Part shown: piece after piece, positions 27,716 to 39,932 of the stretch | Numbering within the stretch: the first letter of the stretch is position 1 | Layout of the letters: every line of letters begins with the position of its first letter | Source of the DNA: Eledone cirrhosa | Taxonomy: Eukaryota | Direction: 5' to 3' | DNA length: 64,000 nt | NCBI GenBank assembly: GCA_964016885.1 | Contig: OZ024747.1 | Coordinates: forward strand, 72,044,001-72,108,000 | Notes under the pieces: model-generated | Told to the model about the DNA's origin: nothing | The model's input: only the letters and a program-made list of their open reading frames with translations | The model's database searches: none | Program-made: the position numbers and the translations under genes

Positions 27716-27764
<49 letters not shown>

Positions 27765-27822
27765 TAGACTGGAGAGAAAGATATACATACAAAATATATA
27801 CATACCTATGTATACATCTACG

Positions 27823-27864
<42 letters not shown>

Positions 27865-28109
27865 TTTATATATATGAATTTAAACGATTTCTTCTATAAA
27901 TTCACTTCGCCGAAGTTTGTGTACATCAACATGTATACATAATGTATTTCACTTCATAAGTAGATTATCAGCTCGAAAATTGGGGAAAAGTTCCACAATT
28001 TGGTAAAGATAATGATGATGAAAGATTTGTATGTTAAGACTATTTGTATACTTCATACAGAATACATTGAACTGTTGAATTAATATATAATCTTTTTTTA
28101 AAAACATGT

Positions 28110-28140
<31 letters not shown>

Positions 28141-28295
28141 TCACAAATATATATATATATCCTATAAAATATAACCGTATCTCGCCTTAGTTTTTTTACC
28201 TGAACGACTGTGGTTTAGAAGGAAGCTATATTCTAATTTTTATTTAATTGTAAATTATTATTGGCACTCTGAAATAAATACAGTTTTGTGCTTAC

Positions 28296-28401
28296 CATGT
28301 TTATCACGTTGACTCACATCATGTGTTTTTAAAAGCTCCATGACACGAGGAAAATCATTTTTAAAAACACTTGCGTGTAGCAAGTATTCGTCTTCGGCCA
28401 T
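28296..28401 (-). CDS. ANKRD13C: ANKRD13C-like ankyrin repeat protein, coding exon 1
   Basis: Minus-strand translation MAEDEYLLHASVFKNDFPRVMELLKTHDVSQRDKH+G ends at a GTAAGC donor in phase 1. It resembles the ANKRD13C N-terminal ankyrin region (H..VFK.D...L..L..THD..Q.D.HG). Confidence 0.85.
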
Positions 28402-28950
28402 ATTTGTTTTGAACCACGGGAGAATTCCTGAACTAGCTTTCCAAAAAACCTACTATATAGTGTAATGGGGAGAAATCACTGCATTGACTATGGATCTGTT
28501 ATGATTATGAAATAACTATTTAAAATCATACTAGTGTATTCGTGTCGTCAATAATATAGTTTTTAAACAGCAGTATTACTATTAAATTATTTCAAAAGTC
28601 TTTGATTAAATATGTTTGACTATTTTTAGTATCAGGTACACGATTTTCATGCAGATAAGAAAAAAGAGATAAACTAATTTACTTCTACAATTGTTGAAAA
28701 TGTGGTACTATATTCTACAAAATGTTAGAATGTTGGTATTTCTTTGATTAGAGATAGATCGTATCACACTGAACAGATAAACAGTTATCTCTCTTAATCT
28801 ATCAAATAAACAGTTATTTCTCTTCATCTGTAATTTGGCATATATAAAGCTTTACACATTTGGTATCACCACGGCCTGAGGAAAAAAAGGGCAGTCAATA
28901 GAGCGCCGAACCGTGATGTGACGTCACTCGCCTTCGCTTCCGGTAAGTCA
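28395..28950. promoter_or_regulatory. Putative promoter region of the ANKRD13C-like gene
   Basis: Perfect GTGACGTCAC CRE palindrome at 28918-28927, ETS-type CTTCCGG at 28937-28943, YY1-like GGCCATATTT over the start codon, and local CpG enrichment about 0.5 kb upstream of the ATG. Confidence 0.45.
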
Positions 28951-31163
28951 GCCTCCCGATCATCATCATCATCATCAATTTATGTTAGCTTTTTCATGTT
29001 TACATGGGCTGGACAGGTTTTTTTTCCAGTGCAGCACCCCGCCACTCATTGCAGTACTTCATCATCTCCTTTGTGAGCTTCAGTGATTTGAGATCAGCTC
29101 TTACAACCACAGTCCAGATCTTCCTTGGTCTTCCTCTACTGCAGCTTCCTTCTGCTGGATTTCTTGACACTTCTTCCAAAGATCATTTTCCTTATGCATC
29201 TTATGCCCATACCAGAGCAACTGTCCATAATAAAATGAAAATAAATGGTACCTGATTGATCTGCATATGTAAATTCAGAAGGATTAATTAGTTCACAATA
29301 TGCATGGACATCACTTTATCTCTTTTGGTCTCAGCAAAGATTGTAATTCCTTGAACTTTTTCAACCCTGTTCTGAATGAATATAATTTAATTGAAAATAG
29401 CAGACTATACAGGGCTTACCTCATTTCCAGACATGGAGAAATCAAATCACTGGTTCTTCTACTTACCCAAACATTGAATGGACCTCCATCAATTTTGACG
29501 AGTGTCCAGTCATTTGATCAGTGGAACAACCTGTTCAAGAAATTAACACATAAATGGCTAAGCATTCCACAGACATGTGTACTTTTAACGCAATTCTCAA
29601 GGAGATTCAGTATGACAGTGTGTAACGAGACTGGCCTATTGAATTACAGGCACAGTCTATTCAATGGGCTTCCAAAACATTTCCATCTACCCAATCCCAC
29701 TCATTAAACATGGATCAACCCAAGGTTATGGTAAATAGCATTCGTAGTGGGATTGAATCAGGACCAAATCATTGCAATGTGAACTTAATTGTTTGGTCAT
29801 GCTGCATACACACTTACCTAACCAACCTGAAACACCTCCCACTTCTGAATTGACAAACAGAATTGATAGTTACAAACATACACACACATGATCTTCTTCC
29901 CTATGGTCAAAGATAATAGGCTGAGGGACTAAACTATTAGCCAACCTAACATCACTTCCCTTTCACTTCTGGTCTAATAACCTATTGCACTCCTCCTCGC
30001 CACCTCACCTCCTATTCTTATGGTCACTCCACATAACAGCAAACTAACAAAGAACAAAGAGTCAGAAAATTAAAGTATAAAGATGTGAGGACCTGGGTTA
30101 TCTCCTTGGATGCCAGTAGAGAATGAAATGATGTTACCAGTATTGAAGGGTATGCTTACTGACCCGTATAAGAAATAGGCTAAAGCTTAGATGGACAGGA
30201 TTCAACTAAAGCAGACTTCTAAGTATTCTCAGTGCAAGCAGTTGAAAGCTTCATGATATGTTGAGTGTCAATCAATTGATACTGGAGTGAAGAGTCTTCA
30301 ATGAATTTTCTAGCAGTGTTGACCCACTTGCTAAATTGATCTTGAGTTACATAGGACTCAGTTCTTTGCCAAATTCACAGATGGTGGACTTACAAAGAGC
30401 TTTCTTACAAAGTTAGCCTTCTCAAGACATTGCCTATGACAATGGAATGAATGTTGCCATCCTTCTTCCTCAGAGCAATCAGGTTGGCTGAAAAGAAAAG
30501 GTTGTGACAGTGACAGTTTACATTGATATAAATCTTTAGCTATCCAATTTTCTCTTTCTTTGAAGTGTATTGTAACAACACAAGTATAATGTAAATTCCA
30601 TTTCATTAAAAAGTTTAGTATTTGTAGAATATTAGGCAGTGAGTTGGCAGGCTCATCAGGTCGGTGCTTACCTGATTTCTATAGCGTGAAGCAACTGAAA
30701 GTACATGTCTTACCTCTGGACAGAACGCTAGTCCATTGCAGGGTTTAACCCCTAACTATTGCTGGTACTCATTTTCAGCTGAATATACTGAAGCAACATG
30801 AAATGAAGTGTTTTGCTCAAGAACACAACACAAAACCCATCTAGGAATCAAACTCACAACATTATGATCATAACAATGTATAAAATCGTTTCCTGTTAAC
30901 AAAACAACAAAATTAACAAGCACTAAAAAATTAAACAATTAATTATGCGTAAAATTTCCTTTATTCGGCATAATTAGTAATAATGTATAAAATTAGTTTC
31001 ACACTGTTACCACTAAGCCCCATGCCTCCTCTTGTGCGTCAGATAGAATGACTTGCAGTATATATTCCTGTTCTCTGCTCAAGTTCAAAATGTTGCAGAA
31101 TTAAACTTTGCCCTTCAGCCTGTCAGTCTCAATAAATAAATTACTAGACCAGTACTGGAGTTG

Positions 31164-31201
<38 letters not shown>

Positions 31202-33315
31202 CCCCTCTCTCTCTTTCTCCCCCCCCTCTCTCTATATAAATGTAATCTGAGTTTTTCGAATATTAATAATAATATTCAATTCGTTTGCAATTATGCAAAC
31301 AACCTCTTTTATAAGCCATCTCAGTAGAATGAATCCCTCATTCTCGCTCTTGTGTTGGCATTCAAACAGAACAGCAGACACTAATGTTTCTGGGTGATTA
31401 CCCTTCATCAGTGCAGTTTACTGCTTACCTGCCAACTGTCAGAGCTAGTGAAAATATATATTTTCTGAAATATACAGCGACTGATTGGCCTGATTTGCAT
31501 ATTGTAATAGAATTGGTCAAACTGCAGCAAATAAATAAATAATTGTTTCTACTCATGGCACAAGGCCAACAATTTAAAGGGAAAGGGAAATTCGATTAAA
31601 TCAACGCATAAGGACGAAAGGCAAAGCTAAACTCGGCGGTATTTGAAATCAGAACGTTTGTTATATGACGCTTAAACGACTATTGGTGTTCGCTTTAATG
31701 CTAAGTGAAACAAGGGACATAATTCTGAGAGTTATGTCCCTTGTCAAACCATACGTAAAAGTCCTATGAAACTTAATTTAGTTATCAATCTATATCTATC
31801 TACAAGACTAATGGATTGGCAACGTTTGTAGAGCATCGGATAAAAGACCATTGTAGTATTTGTTCTGGCTCTTTACATCTGAATTCAACCCCCCACTCCA
31901 CCCGGTGGTTAACTTGCCTTTCATTCTTCTGTGGTCGATAAAATAAATTATTAGTGAAGTCCTCCTCCTTTTCTTCCGTGGCCCAAGAGTCCTTGCTTTT
32001 CCCTCCCTTTCCGCTCATCTATAGCATTCATAGGCCTTTCCTCTACTTTTCCTTACCGCTGGATCAACCCTTCTTTACCCCTTTCCCCTCTTTTCATAGA
32101 TTAGTTTTGTTTTTATCTTTCTTTTTCAAATTTCCATCATTGTGTAACTTCACTTTGTAAAATATAGTTGACATAATAAAAGTTATCAAAATTTAAGGTA
32201 AAAGAAATATTTAGTTGATTTAATCAATTTCACCCTTTCCAGTAAAATTTGCTGGCCTTGGGCCGAGATAAGAAATTACTCTGTCTATCTATCAATACTT
32301 ATATTCGTACCCACCTGGCTGTCTATAATTAAATGTTCGTCCATTCATCTTGTTCAAACTACCTGTCCGTCTGTTTATACAATTTGGCCATCTGCCTATC
32401 TCACTGTAATTTTGAAAGGTAGGCGTTTTATCGTCTGTTTCACTACCTATCGGGATGGTGGTGGTGGTGGGGAATAAGTGGAAGAAATTAAAGAATTAAA
32501 GTTAAAATTAAGGGTAAAAACAAAATAAAAAGGAAAAACAACAGCCTTAATGGTAATAAAGTACATATGTGAAAAAAGCAGCTTGATTAAAGTTTGGAAA
32601 ATAAATACTGAGTGCACCTTTCCTATCCTTTTGGATACCCAGATGTCCAAAACTGTAAGGCATATTTCATACATACACACACACACATATATATATAGCG
32701 AGGGTTTTTTATGGTAGTGTTGGTGAATTAATTGTGTTGTGGTGTTTATTCATTTGTTGCGTGCATGCTCACTTGTTCAATAAGATGATGATGATATGAT
32801 AGTTCTTTGATCACGCAGAAAATGAGTATATATAAATGAACCATGATAACACCAAACCACTATATTATTAATTTATTGAAAATAGCTCACGCCAAAACTA
32901 TACAAAAAATACACAAGAATTATGTATGTTATTTGTTTGTTTATAAAAGTAGAATTAAATTGTATTTACCAAGAAAACTTCATGAAATTCACTGGCTTGG
33001 TTAAGAGAGAGACCAAGAAATAGAGATTAAGTGAAAGTAAGAGTCTGTAAGACCCCAAGGAGTCTGTAGAAAGCAATAATCTATGTATTTATTCTGTCAA
33101 GAACCACTCTGAACTGCTGCCTGTGCTAGTCTAGGGTAGGCTATTTATGTTTGTCGCTTCCTCTGTCCCCATGTTTTGAGAAAAAAGGGCTGACCGCTAG
33201 AGGTTGTCCACTCTCAGATGTGTTGACACTCAAAAGGAGATAACCCAGAAAATGACCGTTAAATGTCACCCAGGGGTCAGGGTGTGGACAGATTTTGCTA
33301 CACATATATACACAC

Positions 33316-33361
<46 letters not shown>

Positions 33362-34499
33362 GTGTGTGAATTTTGTATATCTAATATATATGGTATGTTT
33401 ACGAATAAACATTTGAATGCCATCTAGTGGATTCCAGTAGAGGATAACTATCAACAATCACTTCTGACTTGTGTCTATTATCAAGATAGTGCTTCCCATA
33501 TGCTGCTCTCTGTTGGAATTTAATACAGGCAAAAATATATAGTTTTTACACCTATGCACATGGGCTGATAAGCCTCATTTGCATATGGAGCTGTCAGGCC
33601 GTCTCTTGCACAATACATTTGATTTCTCTTAGCTCATCCTTGTTTTGACATTCATGCACATTAACATTACACATCCTTTGAAGCAAATGCTGACAGAGTT
33701 TATATGAAGTAGCATTTTCCTGAAATATATATGTAGGAAAATAAACATTCTGTTTCTGAATTTCTTTATTTTTTCTTAAATCACTGCTTTCTTTAATGTT
33801 ATATTTGTAGTGTTTGTGTATGACTGATGTTGTGAGTTGTTTTAGCTAAATGCAGCCATGGTAAATGATAACATTATATTTATATTATTAAATCTTCTTT
33901 TTAGTTAATAACTATTTAAAAAAAATAAGTTTTCATTTCATTTTAATCGGTAGAGCATCAGACACCATGCTTTGCAGCATAGAGTTATGACCCTTTGCGT
34001 TCTGAGTTTAACTTTGCCTTTCATCCTTACGGGGTCAATAAAATAAAGTACCAGTAATGCACTGGGTATTTGCTAGCCTTGTACCAAAAGTAGAAACAAT
34101 TATTTTGTATAAGCACTGAAATTTGAACAAAAAATAAAATTAAAATTATAATTATTTTATCAATGTTATTCACAGTAGCAAAAGTGTATCCCGGATAATT
34201 TCACCATTCAGGTATATTACTAACATCATAGTTTTAATATTATATATATAAATGTACTATGACAATAAAACATATAATCTATATGATAACTGTACAACAT
34301 TTTTGTCAGCCAGTTGTCATACAATTTATGATTTTTATCAAAATGTTATAAAAAAATACAAAATAACAGGTTGGTGGTGCAAATGTTCTAAAATGCTTTC
34401 ATTCATGCTAGAAAACTGCGTTCTCTGCCAATGCTGTCTATTTATCACTCTGTTTTACTGTGTATGTGTTTGTGTACACACATACATTCATACACACTC

Positions 34500-34955
34500 A
34501 ATGGTTGTGAATCATTTGAAACACAGAGAATCAAACATTCCATCTTGATGCAAGCACTTCATAAACAGGACTTGACCTCCATCTTAGACACTTTTTAGTC
34601 TGAACATGTTTGTATCATCTGTAGTAAGGTCTGTTTGTCCATAGCTGGACATGCAAGTCATATGAGATCTCATGACAGCAAACATTCACAGGTTGATTCA
34701 CAGCTGTACAGCTCTTTACTCAGCAACCTACATGTAAGTCAGGTCAATTCTATGACCAAGTGTGTGAATTTATAGCAAGTCTGTGTAGTCATATGAGAGT
34801 GCACAAAGAACAGATAAAATGTTAACATCAAAGACAAAACTTTTGTTTGTCATATATGTAACAAAACTTGCAAAAATGAAGCTGACCTGAAGAGCCACAT
34901 GTGTACCCATTACAAAATTGAAAAGATGGCTTTCTTCTGTAAAGTGTCAATCACC
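34500..34955 (+). mobile_element. RTE 3' end carrying three C2H2 zinc fingers
   Basis: FETQRIKH is followed by CIICSKVCLSIAGHASHMRSH, a degenerate ...ASLCSHMRVH, and FVCHICNKTCKNEADLKSHMCTH. Confidence 0.7.
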
Positions 34956-35358
34956 ACACATACACACACACATATATAAATATGTGGGATGTGAAACATT
35001 TTGAGCAAAACAGGCTAATGCAAGTAAATATTAAGGAATATAAGAAAAAAAACAACAAAAATAAAAAACAGCCAGTAAGGGAATATGAAATTAATGGAAC
35101 TTTTTCTACTTGTCCAGTTTCACACAATAGGGCCCTTGCTACCAACTATAAAACATACAAACCAGTTCACCCTTATCAATGCCACAAGATCTGCAAATCT
35201 CAAGGTCTAATCATCACCATCACTATCACTATCACCATCATTTATCATCATCGCCATCATCTTCATTTCAAAGTTATCTATATGGCTCAGTGATATTCTT
35301 CCCCAATGATCCACCATGTTTGAAATTGTTTTAAATTGTTTCCTTCCTCTTTTTATAG

Positions 35359-35517
35359 TTTTGGGCCGAGTTGACTATGTGTTCATTGGCCAGAAATATG
35401 TGATCAGCAGTGAAACTGGTCGCAAGCTCTCTATTAACACCATCTTTAAACATGGTCCTGGCCATGTAGAAGCTGCCATCTATTCTGAGGAAACAAATAA
35501 AGTCTATTTAGCTTATG
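35359..35517 (+). pseudogene. Hemopexin-repeat-like gene, internal exon A
   Basis: Polypyrimidine-TAG acceptor and GTATGT donor, phase 1-1. Translation LGRVDYVFIGQKYV...IFKHGPGHVEAAIYSEETNKVYLAYG fits the hemopexin blade pattern (F..GP..V.AA.Y.....K.Y...G). Confidence 0.6.
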
Positions 35518-35923
35518 GTATGTATGTTAATATTTAGCTTATGATGTGTGTATATATATATATATATATATGTAAAAGTTCTATTTAAATTGTTGGGATA
35601 CAACAAGCAAATATTTTTATAACTGATATAAAGCACTCAACAAATAATTGGAGTAAAAATACGATATTAACAAATGGAAACTATATTTATAAAACCATAT
35701 TTATTTCATTATACATATTTCAACTATTATACATATTCCACTATCCGGGAGCTTCCAACAGTAATGGTTGCATTCTTTAAGGGTATGTCAGTATTTATTT
35801 ATAAAACTGCTCTATATTATATTTTATCTGATGAAAGCACACCATAATTTAACTTGGTATCCTTGAAATATGTATAATGAAATAAATATGGTTTTATAAA
35901 TATAGTTTCCATTTGTTAATATC

Positions 35924-35963
<40 letters not shown>

Positions 35964-37123
35964 CAAGTTGTCTGACTTATCACCATCATCATTTTACATC
36001 TGCTTTTCCCTGCTTGCAAGGGTGGGACTGGTCCTATTCAGCACAGCATCTCTCCACTTGTCACGGTCGTTCGTCATCTCCTCCGTAAGTTTCAGCAATC
36101 TGAGGTCTGCTCTCACCACCTCTGCCCATGTTGTTCATAGTCTTCCTCTACTGCATCTTCCTTCTACTGGGATTTCTTAGCACTTCTTTACCCAACAGTC
36201 ATCCTCCATGCGCATCACATGTCCATACCATCTCAGTCTTGTCTCCTGCACACTACAACTTAGCCCTCTTATACCCAGTTTCTTTCTCAACTCGTCTATG
36301 CTTGGTTGTTCACGCACATTGACATTGCACATCCAACAGAGCATGCTTGCTTCATTTCTCTCCAGCCGTCGCATATCGTCTACAGTTGCTGCCCATGTCT
36401 CACTACCATGCAGCATCGCGCATCTCACACAGGCATCATATAACTGTCCTTTTGTACGCAGGGAGAAACCTTTCTTTGTCAACAGAGGAAGCAGCTCCCT
36501 AAAATTCTTCTAACCCGTCCTTATTCTAGATACTATGGCCTCGGAACACCCCCTTCCCATGCTAATCTGATCAAATAAGTACTGGAAGCTATCAACCACT
36601 TCTATAGAACCCACCTCCATTGGAAATATGTGTCTATCACTGCGATTACTACTGCCAACTTTCCCTGTACATCTACTGCATACATAGTTTTCCCTACCTG
36701 TTACTTTGCCTGCTATCCCACTACATCTCTTGTGTACCCAAGATCTGCATTGCGTACATTTTATGGAATTTATGCCAGTTCCTTTCCTACATATCGAACA
36801 TGGCCATTTCCCTAATGGAATCAGAGTATTGTCCTCTCTTCTACTTATCAACACTGTAGTTAGAAAAAGCTATCTCATTTACCGCTTTTCATAGGCGCCG
36901 CTAAACTCCACTGCAAGTTACTCCTCTTCCACGTGCGTCCAACTGCTTAACACTGGGAGCTGCCCAAAACTCGCGTCCACACCGTTTGCTGGTCACCACT
37001 AGAGAGAGGCCCTCTGCTGGCCCTTCCGGTCGAGCATCCTTCCGGCCAAGCACCCTTCCGGTCGAGCACTCACCCGCCACCGGCCACCGCACGCCACACC
37101 ATACCCACACGCCCCCCCTGATC

Positions 37124-38011
37124 TCAAGGATCAATTTCCCCCTCGTCCCTCTGCATATGAAAGTCTGCTGTCCAGGTTGGTGGTCTACGACTTCGTTGCG
37201 ATCTCCATAGTATTGGGGCAGAGCTTTGGGTTTCCACCTCATCTTGGGTTTCCTCTTCCTCGGAGTCCGTCGACACAGTGATTCTTCTTACATCCAGGAC
37301 ATGACATGGTACCCCGTCCACAGACACATTGTTCTTTGAATTTACAGCCGTCACCGTTCCCCTTCCCCATTGAGATGTGCAACGTGCATCTGGGGGCTTA
37401 ACCCAGACTTCTTCGCCCACCTGCACGAATGCACTCTCTCCCTCCACTGGCCGTTGTGGTGGCGTGTACAGGTGCCGCCACTCGTATTTGAATACTGCTC
37501 TGTGTGGCACCGATTCCTCGACCTGTCCAACCCGAGGCGACATATTGTACCAGAACACTGCCTCCATTGGTGAGATATGGCCCCGCTCCGCCATTGCCTT
37601 GATCGTCCGGTGGTGTCGCTCCACGATTCCATTCCCGCTCGGCCTGTGCGCCACTCTGAAGAAACGGTCCACCTTCCATCCATCGAACATCTCCCTCAGT
37701 GCCTCCGAGCGGAACGTTGCGCTGTTGTCCATCAGCAGTTCGTCCACAGGGCCCCGCTCCAAGAACACCTCTCTCAACGTCCGCACGATTTCCTCGGCCG
37801 TTCCAGTCCTCATCTCGCTCCATATCGCCATTCGACCTGGTCCACAGTCGACCATTGAGAGGTACGTTCCCTGCCGGTAGTGCGTCACATCCACCGCCAA
37901 TCGCTTCCAGTCGCGATCCACCGGGAGGCTTCCCGTTTCGTGTACACCTGGGGCGGGATCAATGGACTGACATCGGACGCTGCCTCTACCCCCCCCCCCC
38001 CCCCCGCACAC
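37124..38011 (-). CDS. Gypsy integrase core, frameshifted at a homopolymer
   Basis: Catalytic DDE motifs LAVDVT, LMDNS and NGIVER. The frame break coincides with the C17 run at 37989-38005. Confidence 0.88.
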   Translation of the reverse strand: MCGGGGGGRGSVRCQSIDPAPGVHETGSLPVDRDWKRLAVDVTHYRQGTYLSMVDCGPGRMAIWSEMRTGTAEEIVRTLREVFLERGPVDELLMDNSATFRSEALREMFDGWKVDRFFRVAHRPSGNGIVERHHRTIKAMAERGHISPMEAVFWYNMSPRVGQVEESVPHRAVFKYEWRHLYTPPQRPVEGESAFVQVGEEVWVKPPDARCTSQWGRGTVTAVNSKNNVSVDGVPCHVLDVRRITVSTDSEEEETQDEVETQSSAPILWRSQRSRRPPTWTADFHMQRDEGEIDP

Positions 38012-39932
38012 TGTGTCTGCTAACGTCCGAGTCGATTCTCCTGGCTAGGAACAGGCTCCTATCCACCCCCATGTGGTGCATGTCATGCAACCCCTTCAGA
38101 TCTGACTCGGTCAGCCGACACACGGCAGCTATCTCATCCTCTACCTCCTCCGGCGCTTCCATCCAGGCTTTCTTCACTCTAGTTAAGATGTCTGCCCTAT
38201 TTTTCTCTGAGGGCACGAAAACTACGCTCAGCTTCAGGTCGAACTCGGTGGCCAGCTCTCCTAACGTTCCCAGGCGGCACTTTATCAGCATCTCCGCCGC
38301 GCCTCTCGTTCGCACTCTCTTCTCACTGGTGAGCACTGATCTTACCCATCTGAGTACAGTAGCCGAGTCGGTGCGTATCTCGATGGTGCGCAGCCCCCAC
38401 CGCAGGGCGAGGTTCACCCCTCTCAACACCGCGTCCAGCTCGGCCACATTGATGTGGTTGCAGTCGTCCTTCTTTCTAAGCCAGGCTGCATCCTCGACCT
38501 CAACACCTCCTATCTCCAACGTGACACCCAGCGCTATGCTGCTGGCATCGCACCATATGGTCCCGCTCTGTGATTTGGGAACATACCAGCGTACCCGCAC
38601 TGGGTCGTCGGCCTTCACCCTCCCCACGATCTCCTGCATCATGGCCACCGTCCTCTCTCCCACTCTGTCACTCCAAGTCACCCCTCCCACTCGTCTCTTG
38701 ACATAGCTGCATGCCGTCCGGAGCCACCCAGCGATCGGGTAGTGACCCACCAGCTTTCCACACACCGAGAAAAGCTCCTGCCTACTCATACTTGGGCCCA
38801 GTTTCGGAACTTCGTTTCCCCTCTGGAATACCAAAACGCCCGTCCTGTCTCGCCGTAGCCTAAGTCCCAGCGTGGCTCCTCCCTCCAATGCTTCTGATGG
38901 CTTCGCAGTCAGTCCATACCTCCGTAAATGGCTCGTGACCTCCGCCGCTGACACCACCGACTCGTCCACTAGGATGTCGTCAATATAGGAGTTAGTAGCC
39001 CTCTTTATCTTGTCGGCCCTCCCCAGAGCGGTCTTGAGGACCGCCGCCATGATCTTCGGTGCGGAGCACAGCCCGAAACCGAGCCTGGTCAGGCAATATG
39101 TCCGGCCCTTATACCTGACCAGCTGATACCGCCAGAGCTTCTCATCTATATGCAACTGCAAGTAAGCCGACTTTAGATCCACGATCGCTGAACCCCCCGT
39201 CATGCGTCTCCACTCACGCAGGGTTTCCCCACAGACATCCGTGACCTCGCCACCCGTGTGGCATGACACGTGCTCGTTCAGCTCCCGATAGTCCAGCACC
39301 GGCCTCACCTTGCTCTTCGTGGGTTGCACCATCGCCATCAACGGCAATACTCTGCACTTCACCTCCTCCTTCCGGGGAAGCAGTATGCCCTCCTCAATCC
39401 ATCTCTCTACTTCTCGCTCGAACTCGCTCCTAGCGTTTCCCTTCAGTGTGTGTTGATAGCAGCCCACTTTCGTCTTCAGTGTTGGTGGTTCTCCCTTCCA
39501 GTACCACTCAAAAACCCATCGCTGCCCATCAAACACGGCCTTGAAGTCTTTGTCCTGCACAGTGTAAGCGGGGTATTCCTCCTCGTGGGCCTTCTGGTTC
39601 TCATAACGTGCACTCACAGCGCATACCGATGTAGCGGTGCCAAACAACACGCCGACATTGTTCACCGTGACGCCAATCGCGTCCATGCCCATAACCACGC
39701 CGATCCCATCCACCACACTGTCTACCACGATGGCGGAAAGCCTTATCCTCCTTCCCCGTACCGCTATTTCCATCTCGCTGCGACCTCGGCATTCAATTTT
39801 CCTGCCGTCGACTGCCCTTACGCTGCTCTTCCCTCCGGTGTCGTCGTACAGCCCGTGTCCACGAGGGCTCGCTGTGGCTTCCCCCTCACGAAGGCTTCCA
39901 CCACGGGCAGCGCCGCTACTCGTAAGGGGCAA
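37986..39932 (-). CDS. pol: Gypsy pol: protease, RT, RNase H and integrase N-terminus (degenerate 5' end)
   Basis: Protease DTG; RT motifs RPVLDYRELN, DLKSAYLQ and YIDD; RNase H motifs CDAS, AELDA and RTDS; integrase H..HH. Confidence 0.9.
   Translation of the reverse strand: MPLTSSGAARGGSLREGEATASPRGHGLYDDTGGKSSVRAVDGRKIECRGRSEMEIAVRGRRIRLSAIVVDSVVDGIGVVMGMDAIGVTVNNVGVLFGTATSVCAVSARYENQKAHEEEYPAYTVQDKDFKAVFDGQRWVFEWYWKGEPPTLKTKVGCYQHTLKGNARSEFEREVERWIEEGILLPRKEEVKCRVLPLMAMVQPTKSKVRPVLDYRELNEHVSCHTGGEVTDVCGETLREWRRMTGGSAIVDLKSAYLQLHIDEKLWRYQLVRYKGRTYCLTRLGFGLCSAPKIMAAVLKTALGRADKIKRATNSYIDDILVDESVVSAAEVTSHLRRYGLTAKPSEALEGGATLGLRLRRDRTGVLVFQRGNEVPKLGPSMSRQELFSVCGKLVGHYPIAGWLRTACSYVKRRVGGVTWSDRVGERTVAMMQEIVGRVKADDPVRVRWYVPKSQSGTIWCDASSIALGVTLEIGGVEVEDAAWLRKKDDCNHINVAELDAVLRGVNLALRWGLRTIEIRTDSATVLRWVRSVLTSEKRVRTRGAAEMLIKCRLGTLGELATEFDLKLSVVFVPSEKNRADILTRVKKAWMEAPEEVEDEIAAVCRLTESDLKGLHDMHHMGVDRSLFLARRIDSDVSRHSVRGGGGG

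Noticed and set aside
14846-27877. Dozens of long YI/HT/VC-rich ORFs
   Set aside because: Translations of (TA/CA)n microsatellites, which lack stop codons in several frames.
28200-28232. Possible 33-nt in-frame alternative micro-exon of the ANKRD13C-like gene (AG...CAG|GTAAAA, phase 1-1)
   Set aside because: The acceptor is purine-rich with no polypyrimidine tract, and exons 1 and 2 already join into a canonical ankyrin repeat. It would need RNA evidence.
34392-34467. Candidate first (signal peptide) exon of the hemopexin-like gene
   Set aside because: A phase-1 GTATGT donor exists (MLSIYHSVLL), but the peptide is short and the donor abuts a GT microsatellite, so I cannot support it.
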